From Oculina patagonica (Eukaryota), in the NCBI RefSeq assembly GCF_052425735.1, contig NC_135758.1, forward strand, positions 28,024,001 through 28,088,000: DNA of 64,000 bases. Direction: 5' to 3'. A model generated the notes under the pieces. It was not told the origin of the DNA, did no database searches, and saw only the letters and a program-made list of their open reading frames with translations. Each line of letters begins with the position of its first letter. Position 1 is the first letter of the stretch. Below, in pieces: positions 1 through 9,707 of the stretch. A program made the position numbers and the translations under genes.

Positions 1-357
1 ATCACGGCCGCCGGCGATCCCCTGGTTTACTGCAGAAAATGAAAGCGAAATGCGGTGCTTTAGCAGGTCATGTTTCCTCTAAGAACGTCGCATTTTCAAA
101 AATTACTACCTCATATCCTCAATATTTGAACCATTGGTTTTTTCTTTGCGAAGTGCTTGTGAAATACTCAGCAAACGAGACACCGAGCGGCCAGAAAAGA
201 ACCAAAACAGATTTGAACGGCAGACGAGAAGAAAGTCCAAGTGAATACTTTCCAAGCCAGCGTTACTTCTTGGCAGCGGATTTCTAACACCAAAATAACT
301 AGGACCCAATCTCTTTTATGCCAACAGAGCTCCAGTTCACCACTTTCAATTATTAAT

Positions 358-474
358 TAGCCTGTGAACAGGCTCTCTGGTCGAGAATGAGAAGGGAAAG
401 GGGTGAAGGGTTTTTATTCCTCCCCAAGTCCCTTCTCGGCTCGCCGATTAGATCGGGAGTCTGCTCGCAGGCTA
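358..474. mobile_element. MITE with TAGCCTG...CAGGCTA termini
   Basis: Imperfect terminal inverted repeats TAGCCTGTGAACAGGCTC / GAGTCTGCTCGCAGGCTA; same termini as the elements at 12569 and 46127; no clear TSD. Confidence 0.6.
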
Positions 475-747
475 CGGTAAATTCAGTGTAAATTGGAGTG
501 ATTTTCAAGTGTGACCCCGTGTTTAGGTGTTTTAACTGAATAGAACTAATGCAAAAAAATTTAATCGTAAAACGCTGTGAATGACGGCAAAATCAAAAGT
601 AAGCCAATCTAGGTTCCTGATCGACAGTTAAACGCCTCATCTGGCAGGTCGTCGATAACTTCAGGAACATGAAACTTTCTGGAACATTTCGGAACACGGC
701 AAAAATATATTTTAAAAAAATTACAAAAAAAGGAATAATGGGGATAA

Positions 748-935
748 AATAGGCCATTTCCGAGTTACCCTTTGTCTCTGTTTCAAAACGAGTCTACGTG
801 CAAAACCATTCAAATGAAAATGAGTTTGATTTGCATGAAAATGAACCAGTGGGTAAAACTCATTTTCATATGAATAGTTTCGCACTTAGACTCGTTTTGA
901 AACAGAGGCGAAGGGTAACTCGGAAATAGCCTATT
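748..935. mobile_element. Palindromic MITE (AATAGGCCATTTCCGAGTT family)
   Basis: Long imperfect inverted repeats AATAGGCCATTTCCGAGTTACCCTT...TTTCAAAACGAGTCT versus AGACTCGTTTTGAAA...AAGGGTAACTCGGAAATAGCCTATT. Confidence 0.8.
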
Positions 936-1294
936 GTGTTATCCTCTCTTGGTTTCTTTAAAAATTATTTATATCAAATTTAGCTACATCGCATCAGAAA
1001 GAAATTCATTTACACGGGGTAGGTACGGAGGGGTGGTGGTAGAATAAATGGGTTGTTGTTTACCAATAATGACCCACCGTTTCCATCACGTGTTTTGTCG
1101 TCGTGTCCGTACAAATATGGATGACAGCTCCAGCTCTGACGATGATTGCAAGGTAAAAAGCCTTTCTAAAAAAATACTGCGCGAGTTTTGCAAATATAGT
1201 TTGTAACACTATTATATTTTGGTTCAATAGATCATCGATGTCATAATATCCTAGTTATTTACTTTTTCGCTTAGAGCTATCACACATGGCTCGC

Positions 1295-1403
1295 GTGGCC
1301 CATAGCAACGTGACGTCACTTAATTTAACAACGGAGGTAAATAAAACGGAAGTTCGAGAAGCGGAAGGCACAGGTCGTCGTCATGTTCATATCACTATAT
1401 AAG
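1295..1403 (+). promoter_or_regulatory. Promoter-like motif cluster (RFX X-box-like, CRE, two ETS cores, TATA-like)
   Basis: GTGGCCCATAGCAAC 1295-1309, TGACGTCA 1311-1318, CGGAAG 1347 and 1362, TATATAAG 1396-1403. X-box, CRE and ETS cores are retained in copy 2 (from 2166). Confidence 0.45.
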
Positions 1404-1527
1404 CAAAAAATATGGTTTGAGAATAAAACGCAGAGTACCAGTTGTGCTAGAATAAACGAAATTAAATTTGGGAGTCCGTTAAGTACTCCAGCTAGTTAAA
1501 CTCTTTTTCCATGATATCGCGGTGACT

Positions 1528-1846
1528 ATGCAGCCAGTCACCCATGGGAGATGTCGTAAGCTTGTGATTTTACTTGACTTCTAGTGCAGCAGTTGCTATA
1601 GCTAATTTTTGCGGCAAAGGGCATTGTTCTTGGTGTTTTTTCTCTTGTTCTCTCGAAGGTCACAATTCATGTGAGACCTGTAACAGGTGTAAGGCCAATA
1701 ACCTAATTGGAGGTGTTATCAATAAGTATAAGAAAGACCACATCTTAGCATATTCCCTACTATCACTTGCCGATTTAAATAAAAGTTCTAAAGATAGGAT
1801 CACTTACGCCGGTTCGCTGTATATTTGCCAGAGAAAAGTCAGTTAG
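1528..1846 (+). CDS. Candidate two-exon 71-aa Cys-rich small protein (hypothetical)
   Basis: ATG 1528 (A at -3), exon 1528-1555, GTAAGC donor, 103-nt intron with pyrimidine tract and AAG acceptor, exon 1659-1846 in matching phase: MQPVTHGRCRHNSCETCNRCKANNLIGG... No recognised homology. Confidence 0.25.
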
Positions 1847-2386
1847 GATGAGTGGAATACCTAACTTGGTTTAAAGGTCAATATTTTTCTTGAAATGTAA
1901 AAAGAACAGTTGTCTACAACCATAATAAGGTTTTTTTAGGCTTTAGAACAAATAACTGAATAGAGTTCTTTTTATTGTCTAGGTCGTTTTCAAAATTTTG
2001 TTTCAGACTGATCGCGAAAATTCAGTTGTCTTTTTTAAAATATACAAAGTAAAAAAAATGTCTTCGGCAAACACTGCGTTACTATGGTAAACCAGTACAA
2101 TCAATGAACCAATTGTTTTGTGTTCATCACCTCGATTGAAAATCCTCGCATCTCACATGGCTCACGTGGCCCATAGCAACGTGACGTCACTTAACTTAAC
2201 AACGGAAGTAAATAAAACGGAAGTTCAGGAAGCGGAAGGCACAGGTCGTGATGTTTATATCACTATATGAACAAGAAATATGATTTGAGAATAAAACGCA
2301 GAGTACCAGTTGTGCTAGAAGAAAAACGAACTCGAATTTGGGAGTCGGTTAAGCACTCCAGCTCGTTAAACTCTTTTTCCATGATA

Positions 2387-2859
2387 CTCTTTTTTTATAT
2401 AAGAATATTGTTTTTCCGACCCAGGCTGAATATTCTTATTTTTCATTCAATTTTAGGATGAAAATATTCTTGTGAACATTCTTAGATAATACCGTTTGAC
2501 ATTTCTGTTTTAGTATGTATTGAGGTATCAATTACAAGCGTTTGGTGTCCAGATCTGTATCGTGTTACATTGTGCACATGTACCATTGCTTTTCGCTGCA
2601 GCCAGCAAGATCAAAATGTCGCGTCAGACACTTGGCCGTTTTGGCTTAAAACAAAGCATTCCTCACAGAGATAAAGAGACGGAAATGAAAATACCTGATT
2701 TTGTTTTAACTAAAAATTGTATTGTATTTACAAATTTTCAACTCAAAACTATATTCTTTTCAAAATCTCAGCCTCGAAATTATTCGTAAAATATTTTTTA
2801 AAAATCACAAATTTCAGCCTCGATATTCTTATAAACTAGATTCTTATAAAAAAAGAGTG
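2387..2859. mobile_element. Non-autonomous Tc1/mariner-type MITE, TA target
   Basis: TIRs CTCTTTTTTTATATAAGAAT / ATTCTTATAAAAAAAGAGTG, flanked by TA on both sides; absent from copy 1 (CCATGATATCGCGG empty site). Confidence 0.85.
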
Positions 2860-2902
2860 TATCGCGGTGACTATGCAGCCAGTCACCCATGGGAGATGTC
2901 GT

Positions 2903-3132
2903 TGTTACAGCCCGCTACACCCGCAGGGCCAGGCTAGGGGTAGACTTTGTAGGAAACCGAAAAACTTGACTTGTAATTGTACCCCCGTGGGTACCCTACA
3001 GCGAGCGTCACGTGACTCGCATCGTGTTCGCTGTGCTCAAAGTTGTAAGTCCACGCACAGAATCGAAGCTGTGAAACAAAGATTGTTTGTACACCAGAAG
3101 CCGTGAATAAAGACGTTGAGTTTAACAAAACA
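2903..3132 (+). repeat. 5' LTR (230 bp)
   Basis: TGTTACAG...ACAAAACA, identical on inspection to 8905-9134; contains AATAAA near its 3' end. Confidence 0.97.
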
Positions 3133-3135
3133 TAA

Positions 3136-3148
3136 TGGTCCTTCGAGC
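3136..3148 (+). promoter_or_regulatory. Primer binding site, tRNA-Tyr
   Basis: TGGTCCTTCGAGC 3 nt after the 5' LTR, complementary to the 3' end of eukaryotic tRNA-Tyr (...GCTCGAAGGACCA). Confidence 0.8.
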
Positions 3149-3244
3149 TGTGGATTTAGAAGATCGCAAGAACATTTTGCTGTGGATTGACTGACTTCTG
3201 TGAGACTTCGTGCAGTCAACACTCGAAACCACGTGGGCAACAAG

Positions 3245-6200
3245 ATGGCCGCCAGTGGAAGTGACAGTGATATCGAAGACGAGCTATCTCGAAAATCAGT
3301 GGAGCAACTACGTGGATTACTCAAAGAAAAGGGATTATCGACAGCTGGAAAGAAAAAGGTCTTGATTCAGAGGTTAGTAAACGCATATTATGAGTCAAAG
3401 ACTGCTGTGAAATCAGAGCTGTCAGAATCACACGAAGATTTGAATTTCGCTAAACTTAGCAAAGAACTTCCTCCATCCGTTAGCAAGGAACAGTCGAAGG
3501 AAATTACTTCGATTCGACGTAAAGCGAAAGTATTGCAGGGGGATATTGAGGCCTTAATTCGTGATATTTCAGAGCTGAGCGAAAGTGAAGGCAATAAGGT
3601 CAAGATACAGATTAGAATCGAGAGATTGACAGAGTTTCGCATGGCATATCTTCAGTTGAGAGATCGTATAATTTCACTACTCTCAGACGAGGAAATTGAC
3701 GATGAGCTAAGCTGTTGGAGGGAATTCTTGGATATGATAGATCGAGCTGTTGATGCTGCCCATGAATACTTAAATAAGGAGTCCAATTCAAATGAACAGT
3801 CCTCAAAAGGGAGTGTACAAAAGGAAAGTCACCAATCATCTAATCTTAAACTGCCTAGAATTGAGTTGCCCAAGTTTAATGGTGATGTGTTGAAATTTCA
3901 AAACTTCTGGGATCAGTTTGAAGCTGCAGTGCATGACAATGATGATTTGCCCAATGTCCAGAAATTCACTTACCTGCGTTCAGTGCTGACTGGCATTGCT
4001 TTGCAATCAATTGAAGGGTTTGAAGTTACTGGGGCGAACTATCAACCGGCAGTAGAATGTCTCAAGCATAGGTATGGAAGAAAACGTGTGGTAATCTCAT
4101 CCCTTGTCAAATCAGTCATCAAGATGGATGCAAAATCTGTTGTAACTGCAGCATCCCTTCGAGATCTTTATGACACTTTAAAGAACCGAACTAGGGCTTT
4201 AGAAGCTCTGGGAGAAAACCCAATGAGTCATGGTTGTATTTTGTTGCCAATGTTTAAGACCAAGTTGCCATCAGAGTTACTAGAAAAGTGGGAATTGGAG
4301 CTTGCAGACACCCCTGAAGATGAGATTGGTCTTGAATTGTTCTTTAAGTTCCTCAATCGACAAGTTGTATCCAAAGAGGCAGGAGAGAGGAACCTAGAAC
4401 CAAATCTTAGCCCAAAAGGTCGTAGTCCAAATAAGGAAAGAGACAAAGCAAGAAAGCCACCGTTCATTCCAGTGAGTGACCGAGAACAAGTGTCAACTGC
4501 ATCTGCTTTGTTCAGTGAGGCAAAACCACCAACAATTCCAAGTTGTAGATTTTGCAAAGCAAATCATGGGTCACTTAACTGCCCAGTGTTTAATGGCAAA
4601 CCAGTAGATGAAAGATGGAAATTAGTTCAAGAAAACAAGTTGTGTTTCAATTGTCTAAAGCCTACCAACAGCAAGCATTTCTCTAAAATCTGTCGTCATC
4701 CCAAGTGTTCTGTTGTAAATTGCGGTCAACGTCATCACAAGTTACTGCATAGTCAGCCTTTCGTCGCAAGAACTGAGAATCCTAACAATACCACATTGAC
4801 TGGATTGGCTGCTTCAAAACCCTCTTCATCTCTGAAGGAGACACTTCTTCAGACAGCGTTAGCTAAGCTATCAGTGAATGGCCAAGAGGTTACAGTTCGT
4901 GTTCTACTTGACTCTGGCAGTCAACGGTCGTACATCCGAAAGAACATTGCAGAATCCATTGGTCTGCAAGGCCCCTCAGAATTATTAAGTGTTGCAACCC
5001 TGGGAGGAGACACAAGTGAAACCAAGAGATTTCAAAGAGTGCGATTTACTCTTTCGCCAATTCAGGGACATCCAACAGGAACTGTGGAAATGGAAGCTCT
5101 TACTATACCCAAGATTTGTAATCCCTTGGGACCTGTCAAGTTGAATCTTAAGAACAATCCTCACCTGCAAGGTTTGACTTTTGCAGACTCCTACCCACGC
5201 AATTCAGTTCAAGTAGATGTTCTTATCGGTGCAGATCACTACTACTCTTTCGTAACTGGAATTTGTAAGAGAGGAGAAACCCCTGAATCATTGGTAGCTG
5301 TAGAATCTCACCTTGGATGGATACTTACAGGACCTGTAGACAGTTCTTCAGAGCACATTTCATCCATGCTAACAATAGTAGAGAATAAAGAGATCACCAC
5401 AAGTCTGAAAAGGTTTTGGGAACTAGAAGCAATTGGCATAACTGAAACTGTGAATCCAACTATGTCACAAGAAGAAGAGTATGCAGTCACTGACTTCAAT
5501 GATGGACTGAACTTTGATGGAAGAAACTACGAAGTTCGATTGCCATGGAAGAAAGATCGTCCAAAACTTGAGAACAATTATGCGCACGCTGTGAAACGAC
5601 TTGAAAGTATCGAAAGGAAGCTAAAACGAGACCCTGAGAAAGCTGAAGCATACACCACTGCAATCAACCAGTATGTAGAGAAAGGCTTTGCAGAGGAAGT
5701 AACTGACTTGAGCAGTGAAGATGGAACTGTCCGATACTTACCGCACCATGCTGTTTTCCGTGCTGACAGAAAGACCACAAAGTGTAGAATCGTATTTGAT
5801 GCTTTTGCCCGAGAGCAAGACAGTGCATCTCTCAATGAGTGTGTCCTTCCTGGTCCTGCACTACAACCAAACCTTGCATCTGTCCTGATTCGTTTTCGTA
5901 CGCACAGAGTTGGCATGATAGCAGATGTAGAGAAGATGTATCTTCAGATTAAACTTGCACCAAAGGATCAAGACGTTCACAGGTACTTGTGGAGGGATCT
6001 AAGGACAGATGAAGTACCTAAAGTTTACAGAATGCGAAGATTGACATTTGGAGTGAACTCTAGTCCATTTCTTGCCATCGCAACAGTGCATGCTCATGCC
6101 AATAAGTATGCAGAGACATTCCCTAATGCTGTGAGGGAAATTCTACATAACATGTATGTAGATGATTGCTTAACGGGAGCCGACACAGACAACTCTGCAA

Positions 6201-8971
6201 TGAAGCTTCAACAAGAGATGTCAGAAATCATGATGACAGCAGCATTTAACTTGACAAAATGGGCTAGCAACTCAGAGCTCGTAATGGATAGCATAGACCC
6301 AGAGAAAAGAGCATCATCGCCACTAGTGAAGTTTGATTCATGTGAACCACTCAAAGCACTTGGTGTTTCATGGGACTTGACATCTGATTGCTTCAGATTC
6401 ATTGCACCAAACGAAATGGTTTCATCCCATGATCCAATGACAAAGAGAAGTCTTTTAAGTTTAGCATCCAAAGTGTTTGACCCAATGGGACTGATTTCGC
6501 CTGCCACTGTGAAAGCAAAGATCCTTTTCCAAGAGCTCTGGCGGAGAGGATTAGAGTGGGATGACCCATTGGACAGTGACATTAAAAGGGAGTGGTCATC
6601 ATGGAAGTCAGAGTTGTTGCAGCTAAAGAAGGTGGCCATACCTAGATGGTTTGGAACAAGTGTCACTTCGGAGTCTACCGTCGAGCTACATGGTTTTGGA
6701 GATGCCTCCCCAAAGGCCTATGGAGCAGCAGTGTACATTCGAGTTATTGACAAGCTGGGACAAGCATCCTCTCAGCTAGTGATGTCGAAATCCAGAGTTG
6801 CACCTATCAAGGAAGTGTCACTTCCAAGATTAGAACTACTAGCAGCAGTGGTCAATGCTAGATTATTGAAGTTCGTTGTAGATACTTTGCAAATCAAGAT
6901 GAACCGTGTTGTATGCTGGACAGATAGTATGGTGACGCTTCACTGGATTAGAGGACGAAGCTCACAATGGAAGCCATTTGTAGCAAATCGAGTATCAGAA
7001 ATCCAGTCGACATGGGATCCCGAGTGTTGGCACTACTGTGCTAGCGAGGACAATCCTGCAGATCTGTTGACACGTGGATCGAATTGTGACAAGCTGATGT
7101 CAAGTGGACTTTGGTGGAATGGACCACAATGGCTGTCCTTACCTCTTGAGTATCAACCCATCCAACATCAAAGTGAAGATAGTCCACCAAAAGCCTGTGA
7201 GGAGGAAAGAAGAGTAACCCATGCTTTCACATCAGTCACCGTGAAGCCATTAATCGATATGTCTCGCTACGGAACATGGATGAAGCTGATCCGAGTAACT
7301 GCTTACGTGTTAAGAGCTGTAAAGGTGTTCAAAGCAAAATGCAAGTCTCCCGTGACTGAGCTGTCAGCTGAAGAAATGCAACAGGCAGAGTTGAAGTGCT
7401 GTATGTGGATACAACAAGATGTATATAAAGAAGACTACGAGCAGCTGAAAGCTGGAGAAGCACTGCCCAAAAGCAGCCGCCTGTTAAAGCTAGACCCTTA
7501 CTATGACAGAGCTGATCAAGTAGTAAGAGTAGGTGGACGATTGCATTTCGCTGACATTCCTGAAGAAACAAAGCATCAAGTAATCCTGCCACATGGACAT
7601 TCTGAAGTCGCAAAGATGATAGTAGATGTCCACAAACAGATGTTCCATGCTGGTCCAGAAACCATATTGTCAACCCTGAGACAGAGAATTTGGCTAACCC
7701 AAGGAAGACGTGAAGTCAAGCGAATAATCAGAAAATGTGTAACTTGTCAAAAGCAGCGTGTTGGCCCTTGTGATCAGAAGATGGGACTGCTTCCTGAGGA
7801 GAGAGTTACACCCTCACTACCGTTTACACACATTGGTACTGACTTCGCTGGGCCCCTTTACGTGAAAGAGGGATCAAGTGTGAAGAAAGCATACATTTGT
7901 GTATTTACCTGTGCATCGTCTCGCATGGTTCACCTAGAGCTAACAAACAGCCTGACAACAGATGAGTTCCTACAAGCCTTTAGTCGCATGACAAATCGCA
8001 GAGGTCTGTGCGATACAGTGTGGTCAGACAACGCAAAAACATTTGTAGCAGCAAGTAATGAAATCAAGAAGTTGTATGCCAACCACAAGACACAAACCCA
8101 ATCTATGTGGGATGCAATGGATCTAGATCGTATCAAGTCTGAGTTATCATCAAAGGGGATCAAGTGGAAATTTATCACTGAGCGCTCGCCATGGAGAGGT
8201 GGTTGGTGGGAACGATTTTGTAGAGCAGTCAAAGAACCACTTTGTAAGGTCCTAGGAAGAGCACTTCTTACCTTCACTGAACTGAACACACTGCTTATTA
8301 AAATAGAAGGTGTCATCAACTTAAGACCTCTGACTGCAGTGAGTGATGATCACAGAGATCCATCGCCAATTACACCTGCCCATCTCGCCATTGGCAGATC
8401 ACTTAACCAACTACCTGATGTTAATGAAGACAGCCTTGAGATGTCCAGTAAGAAAATTATGGAGAGGTATCTTTACGTGCAGAGATTATTCAACCACTAT
8501 TGGAAGCGCTGGAAGCAAGAGTACCTGCATCAGTTGACCGTGAGAAACAAGTGGCATAAAGAAGAAGCCCCCATAAAAGTAGGAGATATTGTGCTGATCT
8601 CAGATGATAATGTGTCTCGTGGAAAATGGCCGTTGGCTATAGTTCAAGAAGTTCACCCTGGACGGGATAAACTTGTGCGAACGGCAACAGTACGAACTGA
8701 GAAGAGTGTTCTACGCAGACCGGTACAGCGTCTACACAAATTAGAAGTAGAATCAACAGCCCCACAAGTGATTCCTGAAGAAGTTCGTTTGCATGGTGGG
8801 GAGAAGAATGAAACAAACATTGTTCATAGTGAAACTAGTACTGTTCCTGTTAGTAAGCCAAATCGCAGTGTTGTCCTCTCCGATAGAGGACAAGGTGGGG
8901 AGAATGTTACAGCCCGCTACACCCGCAGGGCCAGGCTAGGGGTAGACTTTGTAGGAAACCGAAAAACTTGA
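3245..8971 (+). CDS. BEL/Pao Gag-Pol polyprotein with N-terminal SAP-like domain
   Basis: First ATG at 3245 in the 1923-codon ORF. Motifs: LKLPRIELPKFNGD (Pao Gag), three Cys/His knuckles, LLDSGSQRS protease, YVDD RT, FGDAS RNase H, HHCC plus DFAGP/SDNA/WER integrase. The stop lies inside the 3' LTR. Confidence 0.95.
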   Translation: MAASGSDSDIEDELSRKSVEQLRGLLKEKGLSTAGKKKVLIQRLVNAYYESKTAVKSELSESHEDLNFAKLSKELPPSVSKEQSKEITSIRRKAKVLQGDIEALIRDISELSESEGNKVKIQIRIERLTEFRMAYLQLRDRIISLLSDEEIDDELSCWREFLDMIDRAVDAAHEYLNKESNSNEQSSKGSVQKESHQSSNLKLPRIELPKFNGDVLKFQNFWDQFEAAVHDNDDLPNVQKFTYLRSVLTGIALQSIEGFEVTGANYQPAVECLKHRYGRKRVVISSLVKSVIKMDAKSVVTAASLRDLYDTLKNRTRALEALGENPMSHGCILLPMFKTKLPSELLEKWELELADTPEDEIGLELFFKFLNRQVVSKEAGERNLEPNLSPKGRSPNKERDKARKPPFIPVSDREQVSTASALFSEAKPPTIPSCRFCKANHGSLNCPVFNGKPVDERWKLVQENKLCFNCLKPTNSKHFSKICRHPKCSVVNCGQRHHKLLHSQPFVARTENPNNTTLTGLAASKPSSSLKETLLQTALAKLSVNGQEVTVRVLLDSGSQRSYIRKNIAESIGLQGPSELLSVATLGGDTSETKRFQRVRFTLSPIQGHPTGTVEMEALTIPKICNPLGPVKLNLKNNPHLQGLTFADSYPRNSVQVDVLIGADHYYSFVTGICKRGETPESLVAVESHLGWILTGPVDSSSEHISSMLTIVENKEITTSLKRFWELEAIGITETVNPTMSQEEEYAVTDFNDGLNFDGRNYEVRLPWKKDRPKLENNYAHAVKRLESIERKLKRDPEKAEAYTTAINQYVEKGFAEEVTDLSSEDGTVRYLPHHAVFRADRKTTKCRIVFDAFAREQDSASLNECVLPGPALQPNLASVLIRFRTHRVGMIADVEKMYLQIKLAPKDQDVHRYLWRDLRTDEVPKVYRMRRLTFGVNSSPFLAIATVHAHANKYAETFPNAVREILHNMYVDDCLTGADTDNSAMKLQQEMSEIMMTAAFNLTKWASNSELVMDSIDPEKRASSPLVKFDSCEPLKALGVSWDLTSDCFRFIAPNEMVSSHDPMTKRSLLSLASKVFDPMGLISPATVKAKILFQELWRRGLEWDDPLDSDIKREWSSWKSELLQLKKVAIPRWFGTSVTSESTVELHGFGDASPKAYGAAVYIRVIDKLGQASSQLVMSKSRVAPIKEVSLPRLELLAAVVNARLLKFVVDTLQIKMNRVVCWTDSMVTLHWIRGRSSQWKPFVANRVSEIQSTWDPECWHYCASEDNPADLLTRGSNCDKLMSSGLWWNGPQWLSLPLEYQPIQHQSEDSPPKACEEERRVTHAFTSVTVKPLIDMSRYGTWMKLIRVTAYVLRAVKVFKAKCKSPVTELSAEEMQQAELKCCMWIQQDVYKEDYEQLKAGEALPKSSRLLKLDPYYDRADQVVRVGGRLHFADIPEETKHQVILPHGHSEVAKMIVDVHKQMFHAGPETILSTLRQRIWLTQGRREVKRIIRKCVTCQKQRVGPCDQKMGLLPEERVTPSLPFTHIGTDFAGPLYVKEGSSVKKAYICVFTCASSRMVHLELTNSLTTDEFLQAFSRMTNRRGLCDTVWSDNAKTFVAASNEIKKLYANHKTQTQSMWDAMDLDRIKSELSSKGIKWKFITERSPWRGGWWERFCRAVKEPLCKVLGRALLTFTELNTLLIKIEGVINLRPLTAVSDDHRDPSPITPAHLAIGRSLNQLPDVNEDSLEMSSKKIMERYLYVQRLFNHYWKRWKQEYLHQLTVRNKWHKEEAPIKVGDIVLISDDNVSRGKWPLAIVQEVHPGRDKLVRTATVRTEKSVLRRPVQRLHKLEVESTAPQVIPEEVRLHGGEKNETNIVHSETSTVPVSKPNRSVVLSDRGQGGENVTARYTRRARLGVDFVGNRKT
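8892..8904 (+). promoter_or_regulatory. Polypurine tract
   Basis: AAGGTGGGGAGAA immediately before the 3' LTR. Confidence 0.85.
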
Positions 8972-9134
8972 CTTGTAATTGTACCCCCGTGGGTACCCTA
9001 CAGCGAGCGTCACGTGACTCGCATCGTGTTCGCTGTGCTCAAAGTTGTAAGTCCACGCACAGAATCGAAGCTGTGAAACAAAGATTGTTTGTACACCAGA
9101 AGCCGTGAATAAAGACGTTGAGTTTAACAAAACA
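8905..9134 (+). repeat. 3' LTR (230 bp)
   Basis: Identical to the 5' LTR; followed by TSD GTCGT. Confidence 0.97.
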
Positions 9135-9707
9135 GTCGTAAGCTTGTGATTTTACTTGACTTCTAGTGCAGCAGTTGCTATAGCTAATTTTTGCAGCAAA
9201 GGGTATTGTTCTTGGTGTTTTTCTCTTGTTCTCTCGAAGGTCACAATTCATGTGAGACCTGTAACAGGTGTAAGGCCAATAACCTAATTCGAGGTGTTAT
9301 CAAGAAGTATAAGAAAGACCACATCTTAGCATCTGCCCTACTATTACTTGATTTAAATAACAGCTCTAAAGATAGGATCACTTACGCCAGAGAAAAGGTC
9401 AGAGAAATACTGGCCAGAGAAAAGTCAGGTAGGATGAGTTTAACACCTAACTTATTGGTTTCAAGGTCAAATTTGTTTCTTTAAATGTAAGAACAGTTGT
9501 CTACAACCATAATTAAGGCATGTTTTTGGCTTCTTTTTATTCAAACTACAGCTTGAAAATCGGCCCGTACGTTGATTCATTTTCTGTGCGTTTTCATCAA
9601 TCGAGAGAAGCGCTATCTGTAGTAAACAATAATGATACATTTATTTCAAGAGTATCCCATGTACGTAAAAAAGAATTCAGTGAACTCAGTAAACAAATAC
9701 TGCGTTA

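Larger units (their letters stand above)
1283..1930. repeat. Copy 1 (uninterrupted) of a ~650-bp tandem segmental duplication
   Basis: Aligns by eye to 2154-2386 + 2860-2902 + 9140-9517, from CACATGGCTC(G/A)CGTGGCCCATAGCAAC to GAACAGTTGTCTACAACCATAAT. Confidence 0.9.
2903..9134 (+). mobile_element. Full-length BEL/Pao LTR retrotransposon
   Basis: TG...CA LTRs 2903-3132 and 8905-9134, TSD GTCGT (2898-2902, 9135-9139), PBS, PPT and an intact gag-pol ORF with domain order Gag-PR-RT-RH-IN and triple zinc knuckle. Confidence 0.97.
2154..9517. repeat. Copy 2 of the duplication, interrupted by a MITE and the LTR retrotransposon
   Basis: Removing the two insertions and one copy of each TSD restores the sequence colinear with copy 1. 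Confidence 0.9.

Noticed and set aside
1116-1157. Possible first exon ATG GAT GAC AGC...AAG|GTAAAA (MDDSSSSDDDCK)
   Set aside because: No convincing downstream exon; joining to 1659 in phase 0 gives VTIHVRPVTGVRPIT followed by a stop in both copies.
1659-1720. Ubiquitin-like look of VTIHVRPVTGVRPIT*LEV
   Set aside because: Short, interrupted by a stop present in both copies, and no further in-frame similarity.
3200-3244. ORF-track start of the polyprotein at a GTG
   Set aside because: Eukaryotic element; the first ATG in good context is at 3245.
3388-8319. Antisense ORFs within the retrotransposon
   Set aside because: Shadows of the long sense ORF, with no motifs.
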